Assembly (NCBI GenBank): GCA_965637545.1
Contig: OZ281494.1
Span: 12,834,001 to 12,898,000 of the forward strand
DNA length: 64,000 nt
Reading direction: 5' to 3'
DNA from: Phallusia mammillata
Lineage: Eukaryota
Below, piece by piece: positions 24,576 through 35,600 of the stretch. Each line of letters opens with the position of its first letter. Positions within the stretch are counted from its first letter, which is position 1. The notes below the pieces were generated by a model. The model saw only the letters and a list, made by a program, of their open reading frames with translations, had not been told where the DNA came from and ran no database searches. The position numbers and the translations under genes were made by a program.

Positions 24576-27500
24576 ACAATCAATTGGGGTTGTCATGGCA
24601 AGACCCAGCATGGGTTCCACACCTCAGCAAGGAAAATGTACTCGATTACTTTTCAGAAAGGAGCAATCCGTTTTATGACAGAACCTGCAACAATGAAACC
24701 ATTAAAATGCAGAGACTGGGTCTGGAACATTTGGAGTAAGTGTAAATTTTGCATTTGCAAACATTAACAAAAATCAGTCCCTCTGCAATTGTTGATTGCG
24801 TCCAACGAATCATAACTTATACTGGATTTTTTTAGTGAGCTAATACACATTATTCCTAATTTCCTTTTTAGTAGTGTACAATACAACACAGATTTTGTCT
24901 GGTCCACGTGACTCTCAACTAAAATATAACTCTTTGATACAAAAAATGTAGTTTGTACCCTGTTTAGTACAAAAACTACTGATCTGTGATTAGGCCCTGG
25001 TGTGTAATGCAAGATTTTAAACAAATTTTGGTTTGAAACCTTGTACTTGTGCAAATTAGTTTTTTCAAGTACAAACCTAGTGCACAGTTTCCAAACTTAG
25101 CTCTCAAAATTAAAACACGAGGAATTATGTAGAAAAACTACCACTAATGATGATCCTTAAAGTGTTTGTGTACTGAATGATGGTCCTTTTAATGTGTGTG
25201 TACTGAATGAACAACATAAGAATTAGAAACCAGTTGTCAACTCTGCTTCTCCATTGCTCCCTCTTGTGGTAGTGCTTTTTTTAAATTGGGCCAAATCACC
25301 GTTTCAAAAGGCTACTGATAACGGGGTATGGTTTTTAAGGATAGTTGAGACTTATTCTAGGAGTTCAAAAATGTAACTTCGGTTTATGATTCATAAAGCG
25401 CATTTGGACTCGTTATAAGGTTACAAAACCATGGTTCGGTTCGGGTTCACTTCGTTTTGTTTTTAAGGGTTCGGGTTCGGTTCAGGTTTTGAAAAATGTA
25501 CATTTTCGGGTTTGGGTTTTGTTTGGGCAAATTGTCCGGTCGAAACAGGTTTGCGGTTTTTGAACCGGTTCAATTTTGGTTTTGATTTAATTCTACCCAT
25601 TATCTACTTGGCCTTATCAAACTCCAAAATAATTTTGACCGTGCACTGTTATTTTTGACACGCCCTATAAGTGTTATCTCGCGTATTTTTCAGTGCGCTG
25701 TTTTGAAAAAAAAAATCACAAATATAAAACGGACTGCATTTTTTTCTGGTTCAGCTCCGGTTCGGGTCCAACGCCAAACAAAAAATAGGGTTCAACTCCG
25801 GTTCGGGTTTTTAGATAATCGTTATTAGCGGTTCGGGTTTAATGAAATTAACCGCTCAAACCGGTTCGTAGGTTCGAGTTCAGTTCCGGTTCGGCTTGTG
25901 ATTAAATTGTAATGTTTATGTTGACTTGATCGTCGAGTTTTTTATTTGTTGTTTCCATAGAAACATGGTCGGCCTGGAGTATGTGTTGTTACATCACCAA
26001 GCACCTATACTTTACGTCATTCGAAAACAACGACGACAATCCCCAAAACAAGGTAAGTTGATCTCACCTAAGCCGTTTCACACGCCGAAGTTACATTGTT
26101 CATTGATAAAATGGTATATATTGTTGTTTTGGTATGCGCTTTTTAATCTATATTGAGTGATTAGTAATACGAAAATCTTCTGGTGAAAATATCTTTTGGG
26201 GTGAGGTCATACTTAAAAATTCCAATATTTTTGCTGATAAAGAAACTTCGCAAGGCCTCTTTGTGATTGTTTTTTTGCAACTTCGCTAAAATGCAGTTTG
26301 CCAAGTGCGCGAAGGCTAACCGATGTTCAACACTTCAGATACAAACTATTTGCTACTGGCAAACTTATGTACTTGCCACAATACGAAACAAGTGGCGGTA
26401 ATTTGCAACAAGTATTTCGTACATGTTTACTTGTTGACGAAGTTGTGCAGCAAAAGCTTTTGGTTGCTGTATAGGAAACTTGTTTAGTTTCCATATTAGT
26501 TTCTTACTACTTCTCTCTACTCTCAGTGGCGACAGAAATGGCGTCACAACTGAAACTCGAAAACACTGTTTTACATCTTGCGATATAAGATTTAGTAGCG
26601 TCTATATTGGACCTCAGTATGATCAATTTATTTTAATAGCTTTACGGATTCTATGTTATTCCGGGGGATCGAAGGTAGTTTTGTGACGTCACACACTGCG
26701 CAACTGTCACAAACACTTTCATTTGCTGTTGCGATTGTAAGTGTTCCTGGGGGTGTGCGTAATAATCTACGGAAACAAAAAGTGGTAAACACCACGTTGC
26801 AACTGGTGTTACGTACATCTGTAGTTTCCTATTTCCGTCCGTTGTTCAATGTCAAAAATGGTGTTTTCTATCTGCGCTTTACGTTTTATGTTTCTTTAAA
26901 TATTTGCTATACCAGATATAGTGACGACTCTATACATTTGCGGAAAACGATATTGATTTGCGGATGCGCGATATGCAACAATAGAAGTCTTTTGTTTAAT
27001 TTCACGTATTTCGAGACTTGTTAAAATTATACAAGCCTGGAATTTTTGCATTTAGTTTTGTTTTGAGACTGAAAGCATATGATACTATTTTTGATTTTGT
27101 CTATTATAATAAAACAGTTATAAATTGTCCTTGTCAATTTGCTTTGACAAAATAAAACGTTCTTGCTTCCGGACAAGCACGCACATTTCCCAAAGAAAAT
27201 AAGTCCACCGAGAAAAGCGTAGTTTACCGAATCGTAAAATTGGACATGTGTGATATGGCCACAATATTTTTTGTTGCAAACACTCAGATTTTACATTTCA
27301 ACCTTCTCAAACCTTTGGTACGCGCCACTTGAATAGCAACATTGACGTCAATTGCTGTTGGCCACGTCACACAAACTTAGTTCCCATTATTTTGACATCT
27401 TAGTTTTACTTCACAACGGGGAGCATTATGAAATGACGCGATTGCACATCATTACATGTGGTGAAATTTTGTGGAAATTCCTCAGCTTCGCTTTCAGTGT

Positions 27501-29970
27501 TTGCAAACTTGGTTTTCCAGATGGCGTTTATTTACCAAATGGTCCAACTAGGTGATTTCATGACAGGAACTACCCCTTTGTACATCCAGGACATCGGGTA
27601 TTTTGTTTCCACTAGGCGAGTTACAGATCCCTTAACTCCGGCCCAACCCCTTTTACAAATCCGGCTACAAGTAGCGTTTTAAGAAAATGCAAAATTGCTC
27701 ACACGCTATCTTCCTAAAATAGTCGCAAAATTTTGGCACTTTGATTCTAGACTTACATTGCATTGCTTAAAGTCTGTTATTTAATAAACCCTTGTCGCCA
27801 CCTTGTGGCTGTAATTACTCGCGCAAAATATTTGCCAATGCAGTCAGTTTGTCTACTTGAAGTATGACTGGAATCAACCTACCAACTCTGGCTCTACGAC
27901 CGAGACTTGCGATAACCACTCGAGTCATGCTCCGCGATGAACGGATATAAGTCGTACCTTTTGCTGAGTGTGGTTCAAGCCAAGGGTTTACGAAAGAACA
28001 ACAGCAAACTGTACAAACTATTCGGTTGGTAACTATTTGGATGCAACATGCCTAGATACTGTCTTATCAAAAAGCAGTTTTGATTTACTTGTTGCTTAAG
28101 TATTTTGTGACTGTTACCAAGACGACTTAAGTGCGAGCTCTCAAATGTTATTTTTAGTATTGCGTGCGTCACCAGTGGTACTAGACCCACAAGACAGGCA
28201 AACGAATTTAGCTGGGACCACTTGCCTATTGTCTGGTGGTTACTGAAATAGTACCACAAGATGCTCTGCTTATTTCCGTATGAGAGAAAGTAATTGTGAT
28301 TTCAACGAAGTGGTTGCCAAGTCGATTTTGCTGTTAGATGGATCTTTCAGAACCACTTGAGAATTGAAGCGAAACCATACAGCCACGTTTGTTTTTAACA
28401 TGATAACTGAACTTTGCCATATTTTTAAAGCTGCGGTCTCAGAAATTTTTGAAGACACTTTCGAAAGCAATGGGTGACTTAGTTTTTCTATGTTTCATTT
28501 AAAAAGCATAACAATAACCCGCGAAACAGGCCAATACGTTGTGATCCCAAAGTACTCATTGTAATGTTTCCAAAAACCAGTTGGCTCGTTATCTTTTTTT
28601 TCCATTTTGACTACGTAACATCATCGTGCTCGTAAACTGTTTGCTAAGATCATCGTAAAAACGGTGCCGTCCGGTCGCCGAAAGTTGCGACACTGTGGCG
28701 CAACACCTGACGCCATCGTCATGACAACGTGCGTAGCGCTTCACGCAGCTACGTAGTGATCAGGTGTAGTGGCGACACGATAAACGCAATTACCGCATTA
28801 CAATGGAATGTGAAGCCGACTTCTGGCTTTTAAATTGTTTTTCCCCTTCGGCCAGGCTTAGGGTTTTCACCTGGAGAAAAGGGCATTTTACCGTTGCCAG
28901 CAACAAATATTGTTTGCTGTGTTGCTCTGTTTGGTCATTTCATACGCCTAACAGTTTTTGTTTGTTCTCTACAGTAACCACGATTGCCGATTACCACATC
29001 ATAGCAGGAACTGTATACCAATCTCCTGATTTGTCATCAATCTGCAATTCAAGATTGGTATGTTATATTGTGATGTAACAAAGTGTGACAAAAAATATTT
29101 TATTTGTCGTATTTAACTTCAGTTTTTTTCGTTTTGATACAGCATTTACTTGAAAATAAAAGTATAGCTTTCATGTTGCTTCAAATCCGTACAGTTTACA
29201 TTAAAAGTGTTTTGAATCTATATTGAGGTAATTTTCTTTGTAAAGAGATTATGTAACCAATAAATATCTGCTAACTATTAACAGTTGCCTTTAAGTTTTA
29301 TTGCATAGTTTCCATTTATGCAGATGACCACATTTCATCGGTTGGAGGCAGCCTTTTCAGAAGGTTAGTGTACTGACTTTTATTAACTTGCAAAAAATGT
29401 CAGTTTATGAATCCATCATCAGATAACCTTAAATGAGCATATCGTGTAACAATCCCAATGTTTAAGGTTACATGGTGTTTTACAGCTCTGTCTTACTCAC
29501 GCTATCATCCTGCCAAAGGTTACTCATGGCAGTTCAATAAAAAGGATCAAAAGGAAAACAAAAAACCTGCCAAAGTAAAGGAAGAACCTGGTTCTTCATT
29601 CCAGTGTCGAAGAGTTGATGTTCTATTAAGCACGCTTACATCAAAGTTTCCTCATAAATTTGTACAGGTCTGTATTTGTCCTTAAATTCAGTGGCAAGTG
29701 TTAAGGTCTTGCAATATTGTAGTTTATTGCAAGGTTTGTAGTACAACTGATGAATAACTTTCTGACCAAAGTTTTTTATTTTCTCAGACACAACCAGGTG
29801 AAAAACCAGTGCCAACACAAGCATTGACATCCGCTGAAGTAAAACCTGAAAAGTTAGCAAACCCTGCTGCTGCTCAACCCCTGACAGCTGCACCACGCCC
29901 ACCTGTGGCCAATGTGACAGTAAAACAAGAGCCAAAACCTCCCCCTGATAAACGAATGAAGTTTATGTGA
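24576..29970 (+). CDS. MED6: Mediator of RNA polymerase II transcription subunit 6 (first coding exon not fixed)
   Basis: Exons 24576-24735 ([15 protein letters not shown]...[27 protein letters not shown]), 25961-26052 ([28 protein letters not shown]), 28975-29057 ([16 protein letters not shown]), 29324-29363, 29486-29667 ([11 protein letters not shown]...[18 protein letters not shown]) and 29788-29970 (QPGEKPVP...PPDKRMKFM*). These match the human MED6 sequence as I recall it. A phase-compatible first-exon candidate is 23596-23629. Confidence 0.95.
25430..25897. repeat. GGTTC(G)GG-rich strand-biased repeat array in MED6 intron
   Basis: About 20 copies of GGTTC/GGGTT(C/T) motifs in ~470 bp. 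Resembles the subterminal array of a non-autonomous DNA transposon; no TIR or TSD was resolved. Confidence 0.6.
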
Positions 29971-30254
29971 AGTGCACAAATTAAACCACTGGGCAAATAT
30001 AAAAGTATGTTTCCTGCGTGCTGCCCACTTGTTATACACTTGCAGTACCCTATCAGTGCAAAACATCATGTGCATGGTCAAGTTTCCAAAAGTTAGAATA
30101 GATACTTTGTTTGTGGCAATTAGTACAAACATACCTTTTCATTAAAGGTAAATGAAATATCTGCACCTATTACTGGAGTTGAATACCTAGACATATAGAT
30201 AGACCCATTGTCATTGTTTAGCAATAGCATTTATTTCGATGCACAAAAAAGGGT

Positions 30255-30854
30255 TTATGTGTCTGTTTCTTCTGAATTGTGTTTTTTAACAAAATACATG
30301 TACACTTTCAAACTATTGCTTTCAGTGCCTATCTCTGTAAAAGAAACATTTATTTGTGTTTCACTACATCTCAAATCATCCAGCCTTACTTCTGGAGGCT
30401 CAGTTGTGATTTGAACAAAGATTCCATTAGGTTTAAGCACACGAAAAACTTCTTTCATCAACATTCCAAATTGTTTTTTACCATCGCAATGTCGTAGAAT
30501 AGCATCTGAAGTACCCTTATCAATTACCATGTCTATACTACAAGTTGCAAAAGGAAGTTGATTGCATATGTCACATACAACATAAGTGCATTGTGGAAAT
30601 TGTGTTGATAATTTCACTAAGCATTCGATTGATGCATCAAGGCAATATACTGATAGATCCGAATGTTTTTCTGCTAATGTTGGACCAAGTGATGATGTTC
30701 CACAACCAATATCCAATGCATTTTGACATGAGTTGTGATGAATAATATTGTCCAAATGATCCTTTATATCTTTGTATGACACAAACCATTCTCTTGACTC
30801 ATCTGATGAATTATAAAAGTTTGACCATGCTTCTTTCATTCCCAGATTCATCAT
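30255..30854 (-). CDS. CSKMT: Citrate synthase-lysine N-methyltransferase-like (METTL12 family), single 199-aa coding exon; possibly the last exon of an NME6 fusion
   Basis: EWFVSY, motif I ALDIGCGTSSL, post-II IDKGTSDA and QITTEPPEVRL match human CSKMT as I recall it (DWFFGY, VLDVGCGTSSL, LDKGTWDA, QFSDEDPDVRL). The true ATG is at 30854; the ORF track starts on TTG. No mitochondrial presequence. A strong splice acceptor lies 11 nt upstream of the ATG. Confidence 0.85.
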   Translation of the reverse strand: MMNLGMKEAWSNFYNSSDESREWFVSYKDIKDHLDNIIHHNSCQNALDIGCGTSSLGPTLAEKHSDLSVYCLDASIECLVKLSTQFPQCTYVVCDICNQLPFATCSIDMVIDKGTSDAILRHCDGKKQFGMLMKEVFRVLKPNGIFVQITTEPPEVRLDDLRCSETQINVSFTEIGTESNSLKVYMYFVKKHNSEETDT

Positions 30855-30989
30855 CAAATTTTTAGCTAAAACAATGTAACACCTGGTAATTCTTGCAACA
30901 TAAACTTAGTTAAAATCAAAGTGGAGGGTAGGTTCCATAGTTCTTACAAATTTAAGCTAACTTCATGTGGATTTAATAATATTTCAGTG

Positions 30990-31902
30990 TTATAAATTGA
31001 TGAACATACCAGCATCTGAACTTTGGTAATCATTGTTATGTTGGTCACCAAATATGTGATGTGATGAAGTGGGGTCAAAAATGGGTTCTTCACCTAAATC
31101 AAGCTGTTCTAGCCATTTGTTTGCATTGAAGTCAGGAAAAAAGAAGGAAGTTTCTTCAGCTGCTGATTGCACAGAATCTGACCCATGCACAGTGTTTCGT
31201 GTATCAGTTAACCCAAATCTTCCTCTGATTGTGTTTGGGTCTGTGAACTGACTCTAAAAATACATTTTGGGAATAGACTGAACAAGTGAAAATGTTAAAC
31301 ATTGATATGATATTGCTTTAGGTACAGAAGTTGACCAAACACAAAAAAAGTTTAAAATAATCTTCATTAACAAACAAAGCTTTTGATAAGTGGTGGTTAC
31401 TTGACGTTAGTTGTAATAGAAAGTATTGATGCCTTTGTAGTTGGCCATTTGCAACTGGATATATGAAATTGCAGACATTTTTTCAAGTTGTTTCGAGTTT
31501 TACAACCAAGCTTGCTTTCACTGGTCACAATTAATTCTTTGGACCCAATACACTATCCTAAATTTTGCATCACCAGCAAAAGAACCTCTTAAAAAATCTT
31601 ACCTTGTAAACTTTTGTTGGGCCCATTAGTTTACGCCAGTCCGTGATTCCGTTCTCCTTCGCCAACAGTAAAGCTATTATAGGACCAGATGTCATGCAAT
31701 CAACTAAACGGCGATAAAAAAAATTCTCTTTGTGTTGTTTATAAAACATTTCCGAGTCGCGTTTTTGCCATCGAACCACTTTACGTTTTAAAATATAAAA
31801 CTTCTTTTTTAAAATCTCTTGCTCAATCAAGCTGACAATTGTTGGATTTCCAGCAATATCAGGTTTTAGAAGTCCAACAGTAAGTTGAAGTTTACTCTTC
31901 AT
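30990..31902 (-). CDS. NME6: Nucleoside diphosphate kinase 6 (187 aa if unfused)
   Basis: Exon 31603-31902 (LQLTVGLLKPD...FFYRRLVDCMTSGP...WRKLMGPTKVYK) and exon 30990-31253 (IRGRFGLTDTRNTVHGSDS...FFPDF). The catalytic His in HGSD is retained. GT-AG intron, phase 0. Confidence 0.93.
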
Positions 31903-32630
31903 TTGTGTTTGATTTATACTGTTTTTTTTTTTGCAAATTCTCAAGTTTGTTTTGATCACGTGTTCGGAGTGTTCCGCTCTGGTGAATATCTGTTAAGTCC
32001 TGAGCGGCACAGTTAGATATGCAGCATTTGTCTCTTAATCACAGTATCTCGTTATTTGTTTTATTTGCTTCCTATTGGGTGTTCAATTTTGGGCTTTTGT
32101 ATCTGTCGGTATTTAACGTCCTACTCAATTTAGACGTTACTGACGTCAAAATGTACCCTAGCGGAAACTGAAATGTCACCGTTTTGCTGCTAAACAAAAT
32201 TTCCGCAGTCGTTAAAATTCATTGACCTTATATCACGTTTGGTGTAAAACAACTAGCGTTATTGTGTTTATAACAACACTTGGTTGTAAACACGTCACGA
32301 CATCGAAAAAATCAATTGATATGTGATCCGACGCCCGCGTTAGAGAAATCGTGTTGAGATTACGCATCACACTAAAGAAACATTGTCGCCTAAGAGAAGA
32401 ACTGAGAAGTAAAAACATACCATGGCATGGATACCAAAATAACAACGAAGAACATGTTCAGAAGAAGAAATTTATTTTTTGAGTTGAAGTTTGGAAGATT
32501 GCCGAAATGGGTTGATACGTGCTTGCTAACAGATACATCAAATCTTAAAGTACAAAATTTGTTGTTTCAAAATTTTCATCAGAAAATAGTTGTCATGTTC
32601 TGTTTTCTTGGTTAAGGCACCATTCGTGCA

Positions 32631-35600
32631 CTAACCAAAAATTGGACTCCAAAGAAATACTGTAAATAAAAACGATTTATAAGGTTTGCATCCATTTCAA
32701 GTTTGATTTATAAGACAAGTAGCCTACATATGAACGGTTAGTGGGACAAACTTACCAGCCATAGAGGTTGTAGCGAAAAACGCAATGGTTGTTGCAGAGA
32801 GAATGTACAAGGCCGTTTGGGAATCATCTTTATCCAGATCTAGACCAAGGAAGTTTGTTTTTTTGTCAACACCTCCAACTGGGGATGTCACGTTGTCAAA
32901 GGTCATGCAGGCAAGCAATCCTTCAGCAGGGTACGATTTGGTGAAAATTTCCTTCAGGCAGAGAGTCGACTTCTTAGGTATCCGGGGTCGTTCCGGGTCA
33001 CTGAAGTTGACCCAATGTAACCCGAATCGCTCGCTATAACCCGAATTCCACTCAAAGTTGTCCATCAGAGACCAGGCTGTATAGCCAGTGACATTTACAC
33101 CGTCTAGTTTGATTGCTAAACAACAAGAAACAATATGTGCTAATTAATGTAGGTGAGTAATTTTCCAAGCTGCAGCCTTGTGACTTGCAAGTAATGTCTT
33201 AACCCAACGGAATGTTCGTTGGCACAACAAACTGTTACTCAATGAATTTTCTACTAGTCTACTCAATATTCTATTTCAACCTTTGAGCACTTCGTTGATG
33301 TAGCCATGATAAAAGTTTGTCCTCCAATAATCATTAAGTTCCACGGATGAGCCTTTTTCAGAGAATCCGTTTTCAGTGATAAGGATTGGAGGATCGCCAT
33401 ATTGATCCTTAATCCAAGAGAGAAGACGACGGACACCCCATGGAACCTATGAGAATAAACCGTAATGTAGGATAGAGCATTTTAAATGTCTAACTTCAAT
33501 TCTTGTTGGAAACCAGTTACCAAACAGTTTTGTATTTTGTACGTTTGAACAAATATGTGTGCGTTCTATTAAACATCGTCTTACGTCTTTGAGCCAAGAT
33601 GAAGCCGATTGTGGCCAAGTAGTGTCCTTCGTGGTTCCCGCCTCTTGATCTTGAAAGTATCCCACGGAATTGATTGACGATGGGTGGAACGAATCAAACG
33701 CCAAGTTGGTCGTGTAGTGGTTAAAACCGAAGAAATCCGAACTTCCCTTAATAAGGTTTTTCTCTTCTTCGGTAAACTTCGGAAGCCGGGAGACGGGTTC
33801 TCCTTGGGCGGCACTTCGCGCATCAATTAGTTCCTGCCCAACATTTGTTTCAACAAATTACATGTATTAAATCATACATGTCCGTAACATTTTCGATCGC
33901 AACAGCTTTGTGAAATTTACAGTCTGTACCTTCATAACGTCCGGGTAATCCCCATTGACAAAGATCGGATGAGCCCACCAACCCATGTAGAACTGCAAAA
34001 TGCGATCGCTGGCATCATGATCGGTTTCGCGAAACATGTTTCTAGCCTCATGCCAGTCGCAGTTGCACGTGATAGCGACTTCTCCTTGTTGTTCAGCTGC
34101 ATATTTTGCATAGTACAATCTGATGATAAAGACAAATTGTTGGTTGTTAGGAACTTTATCAATCAAAGAGTGAGTCTGTAACCAAATTTGGCATAATGTT
34201 CGTCGACTTTGTGGCAGTGTAAACAGGGAAATGCGCAAACGTAATTGTAAGTTAATGAGAAAAATCCCTTTGCATGGAAACTTAAAAAGCTAATCTGACG
34301 AATTAATATTTCTTCCTATTATGTTATTTTCCCCAACCGATGTGATTTCAAACTTTCTCAGGCTAACGTAACAGGTAGAGCTACTAACACTGAGCTTGGG
34401 CTGGCCCCCGCTCTGGGAATTTCTGGTAGGTGGCGCTAAGGAACATTGGCGTTTATGGTGCTGTTAGAGCAGTTTGGGTTTATGGTAAGAATAATTGCTG
34501 AGTCAGCACCATAAACGCCTATGCTCCTTAGCGCCACCTACCAGAAATTCCCAGAGCGGGGGCCAGCCCAAGCTCAGTGTTAGTAGTTCTACCAACGTAA
34601 CAATTGTCCTAAGATGTCACAATTGATAAGACAATCAGCGTTCTATTGACTGACGTCAACTGCCTTTTCACTGTATACCAATTTTGCAATTAGTTTGTAA
34701 GTTGCGTTTAATGCGTTGTGGTTCGCCGGTTGTAGCTTTCATGTGTTGTTGAAAAGTGTAAATCGTTATGTTCAGGCAACGATAAAGTTAAGTACTGAAT
34801 CTATTTCATGCCAAATGATGAACTGGAAAATGTTGCTTTTATTGCTGTCGTGTCTAAATCCATCAGTACTGACGTTTTCGTTGCCGGTAAGTTTTGTCTT
34901 AGAAGTTAGAGTAATTTTGAAATATTTGCTTTTGTACATAATTATTGTACTTTGCGTTGATGTGTACTGGCGGTCCGCAATTTATCCAAACTTTTTAAGT
35001 GATTTAATTGTTCTTTTGCTTGTGGCATGTGAAAAACAATGTATACCAAAATTGAATGAAACATAATTTTACGTTGATAAATGTTGCTTGTAATATATCA
35101 TGTCAACTTTTACCGGTAAGCCTTGGCATGAGCTAACAGGACATTGTGCCCAGCTTTGTAGTCAGAACGACCAGAATCTCTGAGATTTGGCGAATGAACT
35201 GCAACAGAATATCCGAGCACGGTGAATACCCAAGGCTCGTTGAATGTGATCCATTTCTTTACTTTGGATCCGAATGCGTTGAAACAAGCATCAGCATATT
35301 CCACGAACAAATCGATTATCTGGCTGTTAGGCCATCCACCAAATGTATCCTAAAAAGGTAGCAAAAGCTTTTTTGTATGTTTTTGTTAATAAAAGGTTTG
35401 GAACATCATCGACTTTGCACAATTGTTTTGGTGCATTGACCAGTTTTTCAAAAAATTAACTCTAACCTGATACACCAAGGGCAGATCCCAATGATAAAGA
35501 GTGACCATTGGTTTGATGTTGGCAGCGAGAAGAGCGTCAATTAAACGATTGTAGTAATCCACAGCTGCAGGGTTGATTCCATCCGATACGTTACCGGTTG

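Noticed and set aside
27352-28470. Short ORFs inside the large MED6 intron as a nested gene
   Set aside because: Frames are interrupted by stops every 30-95 codons, with no motif or consistent splice chain; kept only as a low-interest region.
32410-32560. Alternative LPH terminal exon encoding a longer tail
   Set aside because: Not conserved in copy 2, whereas the 29-nt exon at 32631-32659 is conserved with synonymous changes.
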